This document shows positions 9,596 to 18,890 of a DNA stretch of 64,000 nucleotides, piece by piece. The position numbers and the translations under genes were made by a program. Positions within the stretch are counted from its first letter, which is position 1; every line of letters begins with the position of its first letter. Below the pieces are notes generated by a model that was not told where the DNA came from, made no database searches, and saw only the letters and a program-made list of their open reading frames with translations. The stretch covers positions 2,524 through 66,523 of the forward strand of contig JAMCRN010000009.1 of assembly GCA_023380585.1 (NCBI GenBank). Direction: 5' to 3'. The stretch comes from Candidatus Parvarchaeota archaeon. Lineage in GTDB: Archaea; Nanobdellota; Nanobdellia; Parvarchaeales; Parvarchaeaceae.

Positions 9596-10216
9596 ATGGA
9601 ATTGCAGCCATATATAAAAGGCGAAGAAAAGTTTGGAGCAATAACTTCAAAATTATACTCAGCTTTTGCACATATCGCTCTAGACAGGATGTATAATCTT
9701 GTGGTAGACGATCTGGTAAAGTTACACCCAAAGAGCATACTTGAGGTTGGTTCCGGTCCGGGCGACCTTGCAATAAAGCTTTCAAAAAGAATGCCTTCGT
9801 CTATTATCTACTGTGTAGATCCCTCGGTTTACATGAGGAAGATAGCATTAAAAAAGATAGAAAAGCACACAGCTAAAAACATTATATATTTAACTGGCAG
9901 CAGTCGGCACGTCCCTCTAAAACGTAGATTCAATGTCATAATATCTACATTATCCTTCCATCACTGGATGAGAAAGAAGGAGAGCCTCCTATACCTTGCC
10001 AGTCTGCTGAATCAAAAAGGCAAGATACTAATATATGAATACGACCGGGAAAGATTACGATACCCCTTCAGGCTTTTTTTAGGGGGGCATTCACTCGACA
10101 TAGACGACATAAAAAACTTGAATATAAGCGGCTTAGCCTACAAAATAAACAAGCGGCCGCCTTTTTTGTCTGTTGAGTTCTACCAGAGAAACCAAGGTAA
10201 TCAACTAATGAAATGA
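9596..10216 (+). CDS. Class I SAM-dependent methyltransferase
   Basis: ILEVGSGPG motif I, VDPS, SFHHW. Confidence 0.9.
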   Translation: MELQPYIKGEEKFGAITSKLYSAFAHIALDRMYNLVVDDLVKLHPKSILEVGSGPGDLAIKLSKRMPSSIIYCVDPSVYMRKIALKKIEKHTAKNIIYLTGSSRHVPLKRRFNVIISTLSFHHWMRKKESLLYLASLLNQKGKILIYEYDRERLRYPFRLFLGGHSLDIDDIKNLNISGLAYKINKRPPFLSVEFYQRNQGNQLMK

Positions 10217-10219
10217 GTC

Positions 10220-10292
10220 TGGGCCCAGGGAGGTTCGAACTCCCGACCTTTTCCATGTGAAGGAAACGTCATAACCGCTAGACCATGGGCCC
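10220..10292 (-). tRNA. tRNA-Val(CAC)
   Basis: GGGCCCA/TGGGCCC acceptor; TTTCC-TT CAC AT-GGAAA anticodon arm; GTTCGAAC T-loop; discriminator A; no encoded CCA. Confidence 0.95.
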
Positions 10293-10303
10293 ATTTAGGT
10301 CTT

Positions 10304-11329
10304 TTAAAGGCCTCCGCCTCCACCCAGCTGAGAGCTAGCGAAGAAAGTGGAAACGCCGAACCTGACCACGAAAAATATCGCTATTCCTATCAAAGCGTAA
10401 ATAGGCGCTTTTTTCATTCCATCTTTTGCCTTTCCCGTGTTCAATATTCCCCCGAGTATGGCGCTCGAGCCAGTTGTTATTATGACATTTATAACCGAAA
10501 TGACCAGTATAAGAGTTACAGGCACGCTAGGAAGGCTAAATGATGAAAATATACCGACCCCAACAGAGGGAACGTTCGCCGTAGAGGCACCAGATACTTT
10601 GCTTATATTATCAAGTATACCTATAAGGAAGGATGCGACACCGTAGAGTAGTGGTGCAGCTATTGTAGAAGCCAAAAATATAAAAAGAGCATAACTCCTG
10701 ACCTGGGCTTTCATATCATTCCTTATTGACTCGTTTTGAAGCATGTTGTCGGCCAGGTTTTCCAGGATCAGATGTAATTCAGCCCCAGCACGTATTCCCT
10801 CAGATATTATCCGCATCGTATCCTTAAAGAACAGAGAACTCGTACGTCCTGACATATCCATTAAAGCCTCCGCGAAATTTCTACCACCTTGGACTTCAAT
10901 AGCGGCGCTGCTAAGCAGGTAGTTTAGTTTCCCGAATTCTGGCTTTATGGAAGCGAGAAAAGAATTCTCAGGTATCATCCCCGCGCGCAGGTTCGCCGCC
11001 ATCAACAGGAGCATATCTGGCAGGACCTTCTCTATGCTAGTCGCTACGGAGTCAGAGATGGCTGAGAACACAGAATCTATCAATACGCTCCCCCCGAAAT
11101 ACACAAGAGGCGCGCTCACAATAGAAAAGATTATACTTTTAGTGAATACAAAAAGGACTATCGGCACCAAAACCGTCATTATCAGAATAGCGAGCGTTAC
11201 AAGGCCTGTGAGTTCAGATATTCTATCAGTGTTTATCTGGGCCGTCATTATATTGTTTGCAATGGATTTCCTTACTTTACTAAAAAGAAGAAATTGTAAA
11301 TTGAACAGAAAGTTGTGCTTCTCGTCCAT
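10304..11329 (-). CDS. Type II secretion F / TadC-like pilus platform protein
   Basis: LPDMLLLMAANLRAG, multiple TM helices, downstream of pilus ATPase; start set to ATG 11329. Confidence 0.9.
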   Translation of the reverse strand: MDEKHNFLFNLQFLLFSKVRKSIANNIMTAQINTDRISELTGLVTLAILIMTVLVPIVLFVFTKSIIFSIVSAPLVYFGGSVLIDSVFSAISDSVATSIEKVLPDMLLLMAANLRAGMIPENSFLASIKPEFGKLNYLLSSAAIEVQGGRNFAEALMDMSGRTSSLFFKDTMRIISEGIRAGAELHLILENLADNMLQNESIRNDMKAQVRSYALFIFLASTIAAPLLYGVASFLIGILDNISKVSGASTANVPSVGVGIFSSFSLPSVPVTLILVISVINVIITTGSSAILGGILNTGKAKDGMKKAPIYALIGIAIFFVVRFGVSTFFASSQLGGGGGL

Positions 11330-11330
11330 C

Positions 11331-12233
11331 TCACACACCAACAGCAGGCCTTCTGCTCTTTACCATCCCCATAAAGAACACCTGGAAAAGAATTAAGAAT
11401 GCAGGCACCATATATATCAGTGCAACTATGTCAAAATGCGCAAGAGAACCGAGTATTATGAAAACAGACATGCCTAAGCTAGGCAATACCACCGAAACAA
11501 GCATATAACCCATTGACATAGGAGTAAGTTCTGCGGCATAAGAGCGCATATCAGACTGCTGTTTTTTCACAAGCATGTCGTTTATGAGGGTAAGCGTTCC
11601 GCGCATGTCGCTACCTGATTTCATCGAATTTACTATTATGTCTATCGCCCTCCTAAGCGATTGGGATGGCACGCGTTTTGAAAGATTAGTGAGAGCTGCA
11701 TCCTGTCTTTCCCCAGACTGGATCTCTTCGACGGTTTTTTTAAATTCTGTAGAAACAACACCATAATCCCCGTTTGAAACGTCCAACAGTGCGTTAAATA
11801 CAGGCACACCAGATCCGACCTTTATCATAAGCTCTCTGACAGCAAAGACAACTTTCTCGTCTATTTTTGCCCTTCTTTTTGATGCAGATAACTTAGGATA
11901 GTTTATAAAGTAGACGAAATATATCCCCGGTACAAGGAAGATCATAAGGACCAGTATGGCGGTAAGATTCATCGTAAGTATCCCTTTTTTAATCGCTATC
12001 AGCAGTAATGAGACAGCTATTACAAGAAGCAATGCCATCAATGCCAGCGCTACGAATATACCGGCCGATACGTAATCCAATGGGTCTATATCTATCCCGC
12101 CTTCTATTAGAGACATTTTCAGGCCCTTCGTCGAATTTATAATTACATAGGCCAGCCCTTTGAACTTTCTACCAAAATACAAAGCCTTGTCTTGGCTTAC
12201 TATTATACTCGGCATTACCCTCTCTTTCATCAT
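11331..12233 (-). CDS. Type II secretion F / TadB-TadC-like pilus platform protein
   Basis: KVGSGVPVFNAL...YGVVSTEF...SGSDM T2SSF pattern; TM helices. Confidence 0.9.
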   Translation of the reverse strand: MMKERVMPSIIVSQDKALYFGRKFKGLAYVIINSTKGLKMSLIEGGIDIDPLDYVSAGIFVALALMALLLVIAVSLLLIAIKKGILTMNLTAILVLMIFLVPGIYFVYFINYPKLSASKRRAKIDEKVVFAVRELMIKVGSGVPVFNALLDVSNGDYGVVSTEFKKTVEEIQSGERQDAALTNLSKRVPSQSLRRAIDIIVNSMKSGSDMRGTLTLINDMLVKKQQSDMRSYAAELTPMSMGYMLVSVVLPSLGMSVFIILGSLAHFDIVALIYMVPAFLILFQVFFMGMVKSRRPAVGV

Positions 12234-12237
12234 ATCG

Positions 12238-13755
12238 CTAAGTCTCCAAAACTTCAGGCTCTTCGTCGGCGGCTACCACTCCCATTAACTTTTCTTTATT
12301 GATGTAATAATTACTCGTTATAAGTCCTATTTTATTTACAGAAGCCACTTTTTTATGGGACATCCATTTGAGGATTGACACTTTCTCGCTTATATCTTTT
12401 TTCATCTCTTCCGCGGTCATACCGGAATAAAGCTCCAGCTTGTTAGCGATCTTCTGTGATATGTTTATAGTCCTCTCTATCGTGTCTGTCCTTGGCTTCC
12501 ACTCGAATAGATTATTTGTTTTTATCTCCGTCTTTCCAACTACAGAACGTTCGGCGACTTCAGCAAGTTCAAGTACACGACGCAGCCCACTTCTTCTCTG
12601 CCTGAACGCTGTTATTACCAAGTCTAGGGTGGACACTTCTATCTCAGGAAGATTTATAGGCTCAGAAAGAAGCCTTTTAATAACCTGTTGGGCTGTTTCA
12701 GCATGAAGAGTAGCATAAACAGAGTGTCCAGTCATAAGCGCTTCAAAAAGAGTTTCCGCGTCTTCTTTCCTTCTTATCTCACCGACGACTAGTCTGTCGG
12801 GCCTCATCCTAAGCGAATTCAGAAGAAGATCAAGCATGGTTATCTCTCCTTTGCCTTCGGAATTAGGCTGCCTTGTAACCATCGGCACCCAGTGCAGGAA
12901 TCTAGGCAGAACAAGCTCATTTGTATCCTCTATCGTTATTATTCTCTGGTTCGGAGGTATGAAAGGTAAGAACACGTTCAGAAGGCTAGTTTTACCAGAT
13001 GCTGTACCTCCTGTTACAATCATAGACAGCTCGTACTGCATCGCTTGCCATACAAACGCGGTCAATTCTGGGGTTATAGTGCCCTTAGTGATAAAATCGA
13101 CGATTGTCCATGGTTCTTCTCTAAATTTTCTTATGTCGAAAGTGTTGCCGTGTACAGATATAGGATATAAGGTCGCGTTTACACGGTCGCCGTTGGGTAG
13201 CCTTGCGTCAAGCAAAGGAGATAGAGTGGTTATCTGCCTACCCACCTTCCTTGCGACTTGCTGTGCGAAGTTTTCTATCATCTTCTCTGTTTCTATCCTT
13301 ATAGTGGTCTCAAGCCAGCCATATTTTATGTGGTATACCATAACGTTGGTTTTGGAGTCGTTTACTACTATCTCTTCCAGATTCTTGTCATTGTCCAATA
13401 TCTCTAAGACCCCAAGTCCGAACATCTCATGGAGAAGCGTGGCGGATAACTCTATGTAAACTCTCTCCTCCATACCCGGAAGTATCGTCTTCAGCTTATC
13501 AGACGTAAGATCCAGAAAATCCGTCCTCAAAGTAGGGGAGTAGCTCTCAGACAGGGTCTGTATTTTAAGAGGGTACTCCTTTATCAATTCTGTCCTTATC
13601 TCTGTCAGCACCGCTCTGATTCCAGGGTCTATAGCCGGCACTTTTATATTATACACAGATGTAAATTTACCAGGCACTCTCTCGATGCTTACCCTAGCTA
13701 ATACACCGTCAGAAATAACGTCATAGCTTTCAAGCACTTCGACGCGCTGCTCCAT
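12238..13755 (-). CDS. Type IV pilus assembly ATPase (CpaF/VirB11/ArlI family)
   Basis: GGTASGKTS, TIEDTNEL, LRMRPDRLVVGEIR, TGH...TLHA. Confidence 0.95.
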   Translation of the reverse strand: MEQRVEVLESYDVISDGVLARVSIERVPGKFTSVYNIKVPAIDPGIRAVLTEIRTELIKEYPLKIQTLSESYSPTLRTDFLDLTSDKLKTILPGMEERVYIELSATLLHEMFGLGVLEILDNDKNLEEIVVNDSKTNVMVYHIKYGWLETTIRIETEKMIENFAQQVARKVGRQITTLSPLLDARLPNGDRVNATLYPISVHGNTFDIRKFREEPWTIVDFITKGTITPELTAFVWQAMQYELSMIVTGGTASGKTSLLNVFLPFIPPNQRIITIEDTNELVLPRFLHWVPMVTRQPNSEGKGEITMLDLLLNSLRMRPDRLVVGEIRRKEDAETLFEALMTGHSVYATLHAETAQQVIKRLLSEPINLPEIEVSTLDLVITAFRQRRSGLRRVLELAEVAERSVVGKTEIKTNNLFEWKPRTDTIERTINISQKIANKLELYSGMTAEEMKKDISEKVSILKWMSHKKVASVNKIGLITSNYYINKEKLMGVVAADEEPEVLET

Positions 13756-13782
13756 TTCAATATTTAGAAATTTTACATTATA

Positions 13783-13895
13783 TACTTTAAAGGGGCAACG
13801 GATGCTCTACCTGGTTGAGCTACGAGCGCATGCGCTCGAGGGGATTTGAACCCCCAACCAACCGGTTAAAAGCTTCATCTGCCCCCTTTAAAGTA
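13783..13895 (-). tRNA. Circularly permuted tRNA-Lys(TTT): 3' half 13831-13873, 5' half 13799-13829, break at 30/31
   Basis: Minus strand reads leader - GCTTTTAACCGGTTGGTTGGGGGTTCAAATCCCCTCGAGCGCA - T - GCGCTCGTAGCTCAACCAGGTAGAGCATCCG - trailer. Rejoined halves give a full cloverleaf; leader and trailer are complementary and form a strict BHB. Confidence 0.92.
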
Positions 13896-14045
13896 ATATT
13901 AGTCAGATGCATTATAGTTATTTATGTATTTTAGTGCATGAAAACGATATCTGCGTTTAAAGTGATAATTATGTGTTTTTTGGTTTCTGAAGGTAAATCA
14001 TCCATCCTACATACTGTTTATAAGTTTTGAAAAACTCCTTATGAC

Positions 14046-15290
14046 ATGATAAATTCGCTGTCTGTGAGCTTTTTTCTCTTAGGAGCAGCTGCTGTCTTGT
14101 TTATAGGGTTCGTAGGAAGGGCCATGGCTAGGAAGACGTCCATCCCGCATATAGTATGGCTTATGCTCTTTGGGATAGCCATAGGCCCGGTATTCGGCCT
14201 CTTAAAAAGGCCAGTTTTGCTGGAATTTCTTCCTTTTGTTACCAGCATAGTCATAATAATAGTACTTTTCAACGCAGGACTCAGCATAAACATAAAAAAG
14301 ATAATAAAAGGCGTATCCAAAAGCGTAGTGCTGGCGATAACAAACCTAACGCTTGCTGCAGCGGCTACCGTAACCATATTATATTTTCTTGGGTACCCTC
14401 TTACCACGTCTGTGCTTATTGGATTGATAGTCGGAGGCCTTAGCGCTTCGATAATACCCGGATTTGGGAGTCTCTCTGCTTACAGCGACAAGATAAAGAC
14501 GATAATAAACCTAGAATCCATAATAGCAGAGCCATTGGCGATAATATTTGTCCTAGTTTTTGTAAGCGCGTTCTTGCTACATGATTATTCCCCAGGATTT
14601 ATAGCGAGTAAGCTGATATCAGAATTTTCTATAGGGATAGTCATAGGAGCGGTATTCGGGCTCGGGTGGGTACCAGTCATGAGCCATTTTCAAAGGTATA
14701 AATATGAGTATTCCTATGCCGGCTCTCTTGCGATAGTATTCTTTCTATACATAATAGTACAGGGTATGCAAGGAAGCGGCCCAATGTCAGCATTGGTATT
14801 CGGAATGTTCCTCGCAAATGGGGAAGACATATTCAAAGCGCTAAAATATAGGCACGGGGTGTCGTTTACATTAAGTAAGGAGTCTAGGTCGTTTAACGAC
14901 CTAGTGGCGTTCCTTACTGCTTCTTTCTTCTTTGTTTACTTCGGCGCTCTCATATTCCTGCAAGATTATTATGCATTTGCTATAGGCGTGGCTATAGCCG
15001 TGTCCCTGCTCATAGCCAGGCAGATAGGTACAAGACTTGCCCTTTTGAAGTCCCAATTCGTATCGAAAGATAAAGCCGTGATCTCATCCATGCTAACACG
15101 TGGGACAGGCGCAGCCGTCGCGGCAGCTATCCCTGTGGGTTTAGGAATAGCTGGAAGTGGAGACTTTATAGACATAGCAGCAAGCACGATAATAACGACT
15201 ATAATCCTAACAGTAATAATGGGCAAGGTCTTCAAACAGAATCAGCCCCAAAAAACAGTTAAACAAACTCTTAGAAAAAGTAGCGTATGA
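14046..15290 (+). CDS. CPA1 (NhaP-like) cation/H+ antiporter
   Basis: Many TM helices; LFNAG, LES, SGPMSALVFG, TRG motifs. Confidence 0.88.
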   Translation: MINSLSVSFFLLGAAAVLFIGFVGRAMARKTSIPHIVWLMLFGIAIGPVFGLLKRPVLLEFLPFVTSIVIIIVLFNAGLSINIKKIIKGVSKSVVLAITNLTLAAAATVTILYFLGYPLTTSVLIGLIVGGLSASIIPGFGSLSAYSDKIKTIINLESIIAEPLAIIFVLVFVSAFLLHDYSPGFIASKLISEFSIGIVIGAVFGLGWVPVMSHFQRYKYEYSYAGSLAIVFFLYIIVQGMQGSGPMSALVFGMFLANGEDIFKALKYRHGVSFTLSKESRSFNDLVAFLTASFFFVYFGALIFLQDYYAFAIGVAIAVSLLIARQIGTRLALLKSQFVSKDKAVISSMLTRGTGAAVAAAIPVGLGIAGSGDFIDIAASTIITTIILTVIMGKVFKQNQPQKTVKQTLRKSSV

Positions 15291-16486
15291 CAATAGGTGC
15301 TGAATCGATATTTGTTTTTGCAGGGTTCATAATACTGGTCGGGTTTATAGGCGAGCAAATATTCAGAAAAACCAATGTGCCTTCTTTCCTTTTTCTAATA
15401 TTGATAGGGGTCGTAATAGGACCTGTTCTAAGACTTATAACAAGGAATGTTCTAACGCCGATATTGGGTACCGTGGCAGAGTTTACGCTTATAATGGTCC
15501 TTTTTTACGGCGGTATGGAGATAAATTTCAAAGCTCTTTTGGACAGCAGCGGACGCGCAATAGCCCAAGTGTTCTTTTATGTTTCCATAGCGATATCGCT
15601 AATAACTATCTTTGTAAATGTATTTCTTGGGTGGTCGCTGATACAGTCGCTAATATTCGGGGCGATTGTGGGCGGAGAAACTACCACTATAGTGGTCTTT
15701 AAATTAGCGGACTACATAGGTATAAAGGAAAAGACCGCAGTTTTTCTCAAACTTGAGGCTGCCCTCAACTCTATAGTGCTTGTTGTCCTTTTCGTTACTT
15801 TTGTAGGGCTTTATCAGACCGGCAGCGCGAATATCTACAGCGCAATGTTAGGGCTATCTTCGAATTTTTCTATAGGAGTCGTTGTAGGACTGATACTATC
15901 TATAATCTGGCTTTCGATATTAAACAAGGTAAAAAAGTACAAATATACATATGTCCTTACTCTCGGCTTCCTTCTTCTGACATACTCCTTTACTCAAATC
16001 GTTAACGGAAGCGGCATACTAGCTGCATTGATATTCGGGGTAGTCGTGGGTAACAATAAATTCATAGCTTCTCTGTTAAAGAGGAGGACGAATCTTAAAA
16101 ATCTGGAAAAGCAACTGCATACACTCCAAGGAGAGATAACTTTCTTATTGAGCACTTTTTTCTTTGTGTTCTTAGGCATAGTATTCAGCATCTCGTTGTC
16201 TAGTCTGGAATTCGGAGCGATTGTAGGGGCGATAATATTGCTGATACTGCTCTTCTCAAGGTACCTCGCAACTTCTATATCAACAATAAGATCAGAAATT
16301 TCTGCAGATAAAAAGTATATAATAATGTTATTGCCGCAGGGTCTTACTCCGGCAACTCTAGCCATCCTGGCCCTGAGTTACGGCATACCCCTCGCCAGCA
16401 CCTTTTTAGTCCTTGTGACATATGTTATAATATTCACAAATGTAGTAGCTACAGTCGGCGTGTTCGCAGCTAGAAGAGGAGCATAA
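15287..16486 (+). CDS. CPA1 (NhaP-like) cation/H+ antiporter, tandem paralog
   Basis: LFYGG, LEAALN, GSGILAALIFG, FFFVFLG; ATGA overlap with previous gene. Confidence 0.88.
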   Translation: MTIGAESIFVFAGFIILVGFIGEQIFRKTNVPSFLFLILIGVVIGPVLRLITRNVLTPILGTVAEFTLIMVLFYGGMEINFKALLDSSGRAIAQVFFYVSIAISLITIFVNVFLGWSLIQSLIFGAIVGGETTTIVVFKLADYIGIKEKTAVFLKLEAALNSIVLVVLFVTFVGLYQTGSANIYSAMLGLSSNFSIGVVVGLILSIIWLSILNKVKKYKYTYVLTLGFLLLTYSFTQIVNGSGILAALIFGVVVGNNKFIASLLKRRTNLKNLEKQLHTLQGEITFLLSTFFFVFLGIVFSISLSSLEFGAIVGAIILLILLFSRYLATSISTIRSEISADKKYIIMLLPQGLTPATLAILALSYGIPLASTFLVLVTYVIIFTNVVATVGVFAARRGA

Positions 16487-16558
16487 ACTGCCGGTTCGCT
16501 GACAAAGTATATTAATCAAGAACTGCGTAGATTGTTTATAGGGAAAAATCTTCAGAAT

Positions 16559-17935
16559 ATGGGCTTTAGAAAAGAACATGACTACTTAGGCGATGTCAGA
16601 GTGCCAGACGATGCTTACTGGGGGGCGCAGACACAGAGGGCAGTAGATAACTTCCCGATATCCGGTTTGAAGCTCGATAAAGATTATATAAAGTCGATAG
16701 TCTTGATAAAAAAGGCGGCCGTTATATCCAACATGAAAATAGGTCTTATCGAGAAAAATAAAGCCAATGCCATAAAAAAGGCCGCTGATGAGATACTATC
16801 CGGCAGATTAGCCGATCAATTCGTTGTGGACGTGTTCCAAGCAGGCGCCGGCACGTCTACGAATATGAATGTTAACGAAGTAATAACGAACAGGGCGATT
16901 GAGATTCTAAAAGGCAAGAAGGGAGATTACTCCATAATACACCCGAATGACGATGTTAACATGGGCCAGTCTACAAACGACGTAATACCGACTGCGATAA
17001 AATTAACATCGATGACTCTGTCCAAGAAGCTCATAGAGAGCTTAGACACTTTAATAAAAATTCTTCGGATAAAGGCCAAAGAATTCAACCCCGTAATAAA
17101 AAGCGGAAGGACGCATCTGATGGATGCAGCACCTATACGGTTAGGGGCAGAATTCAAAGCATGGGCGGACATGATAGAATTAGACGTAAGAAGAATAAAA
17201 GAAGCGGCAGAAAAACTAAGATATATAAATATAGGAGCTACGGCTGTCGGGACAGGTGTAAACGCAAACCCTAAGTATGTAAAGTTCACTATCGAGACGC
17301 TTAGTTTATATTCTAACATAAAGCTTAAACAAGCTCATGACCTTCCAGAGGCTACAGAGTCGATGACAGATATAGTGGAGTTGTCATCTTCTTTGAAGAG
17401 TTTATCAGTCGACCTTATAAAAATATCAAACGATATACGTTTAATGAACTCAGGACCAGTCACCGGGCTGGAAGAAATAATACTGCCGGCAGTCCAACCC
17501 GGCTCGTCGATAATGCCTGGTAAAGTAAATCCAAGCGTACCTGAGATGGTGGATATGGTCTGCTTCCAAGTAATAGGCAACGACGAAGCCATAACTATGG
17601 CGGCACAGGCCGGCCAGTTTGAGTTAAACGTCATGATGCCGTTGATTGCTTATGATATCATCTACAGTCTAAGGATCCTCACAAATGCAGTCACCGTCTT
17701 CGCAGAGAAGGCTATAATGAAGATAAAAGCCAACTCTGTCAGGATACATGAGTTGGTCCTAAAAACGCCGGGGGTCGCTCTGGCCCTAAACCCATATATA
17801 GGCTATGAAAAGACGGCAGAGGTCGTGAAGAAAGCGATAAACGAGGGAAAGAGCATCGCCCAAGCAGCCAAGGATATGAAGGTATTACCACCAAAGAAAA
17901 TAGACGAGATACTTGACCTGTATAAATTAGCATGA
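16559..17935 (+). CDS. Aspartate ammonia-lyase / class II fumarase family
   Basis: WGAQTQRA, QAGAGTSTNMN (aspartase-like), GRTHLMDA, GSSIMPGKVNP; start set to ATG 16559. Confidence 0.92.
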   Translation: MGFRKEHDYLGDVRVPDDAYWGAQTQRAVDNFPISGLKLDKDYIKSIVLIKKAAVISNMKIGLIEKNKANAIKKAADEILSGRLADQFVVDVFQAGAGTSTNMNVNEVITNRAIEILKGKKGDYSIIHPNDDVNMGQSTNDVIPTAIKLTSMTLSKKLIESLDTLIKILRIKAKEFNPVIKSGRTHLMDAAPIRLGAEFKAWADMIELDVRRIKEAAEKLRYINIGATAVGTGVNANPKYVKFTIETLSLYSNIKLKQAHDLPEATESMTDIVELSSSLKSLSVDLIKISNDIRLMNSGPVTGLEEIILPAVQPGSSIMPGKVNPSVPEMVDMVCFQVIGNDEAITMAAQAGQFELNVMMPLIAYDIIYSLRILTNAVTVFAEKAIMKIKANSVRIHELVLKTPGVALALNPYIGYEKTAEVVKKAINEGKSIAQAAKDMKVLPPKKIDEILDLYKLA

Positions 17936-17987
17936 ATGGCTTTTAGTCGACAGACAAGTATATATTAAAGTAATTTTTAGTTTATAT

Positions 17988-18830
17988 ATGAGAGATAAGA
18001 TGTTCGATTTTGTAAGCACGTACAGACCGGCGCCGAAACCGCATAAGACTGGAGTTATAGAAATAAGAGGCCCATATTATTCTACAGTCACTTCGGCTTA
18101 TCTGAAAGCAGTCCTTGATGACTGGGGAGAATACGTCGATGGTGTAAAATTCGCGGGAGGTTCGTTCAGCCTTCTCAAAGCAGACAAGATAAAAGAATTC
18201 ATAAAGATATGTCACTCGCATGACGTTTTCGTGGACACTGGTGGATGGATAGAGAGGGTACTTGTAGATGGAAAGACGGCCGTTGACAAGTATATAGACA
18301 CGTGCAAAAAGCTTGGTTTTGACATAATAGAAGTATCCAGCGGCATGGCCCCAGAGATAATAAGCATGCCACTCGAGGATAAACTGGCAATAGTAAAGAA
18401 GATAAAGAAAGCCGGCCTAAAACCAAAACCAGAAGTCTCTTTAATGATAGGCGCAGGCGCCGGAACCCATATAACAGAATACGAAGAGGAGATGAGATAC
18501 AGAGACATGGAAGACTTCATAAAAGAGACTAGAGCTTATCTTGATATCGGGGCGCATATGATAATGGTCGAATCAGAAGGGATAACAGAAGACCTGCCGC
18601 CAGAAAAATGGAGAGTCGACGTTATAAAGAGGCTTCTGTCCGAGTTCGGATACGAAAAACTGATGTTCGAATCCTCCGACCCGCCTGTTTTCAAATGGTA
18701 TCTGAAAAACGTAAGTAGGGACGTAAATCTATTCATTGATCATTCTCAAGTTGTAGAATTCACAGCATGGAAACTCGGCCTTTGGGGAGACAAAGACATC
18801 TGGAAAGGCAAGAAAATAAGATATAGCTAA
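17988..18830 (+). CDS. Phosphosulfolactate synthase (ComA/Hsa32-like) family protein
   Basis: EIRGPYY, VDGVKFAGGSF, TGGWIE, IEVSSG, IMVESEGITE, VNLFIDHSQ. Confidence 0.88.
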   Translation: MRDKMFDFVSTYRPAPKPHKTGVIEIRGPYYSTVTSAYLKAVLDDWGEYVDGVKFAGGSFSLLKADKIKEFIKICHSHDVFVDTGGWIERVLVDGKTAVDKYIDTCKKLGFDIIEVSSGMAPEIISMPLEDKLAIVKKIKKAGLKPKPEVSLMIGAGAGTHITEYEEEMRYRDMEDFIKETRAYLDIGAHMIMVESEGITEDLPPEKWRVDVIKRLLSEFGYEKLMFESSDPPVFKWYLKNVSRDVNLFIDHSQVVEFTAWKLGLWGDKDIWKGKKIRYS

Positions 18831-18890
18831 GCCGCTCCAACAAAGAACTACAGCCATTGCAGATAAATATTCTTTCTGCCGTTTGCGGTT

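Noticed and set aside
10068-10256. 62-aa minus-strand ORF
   Set aside because: Overlaps tRNA-Val and the methyltransferase gene; shadow ORF.
13799-13873. tRNA fragments as an integration (att) scar or pseudogene
   Set aside because: The halves do not overlap, together give exactly one full tRNA, and are flanked by a perfect BHB; no integrase is nearby.
17988-18830. Coenzyme M biosynthesis or methanogenesis
   Set aside because: No other com or methanogenesis genes are in the window, and the gene context (SOD, complex I-like) does not suggest it.
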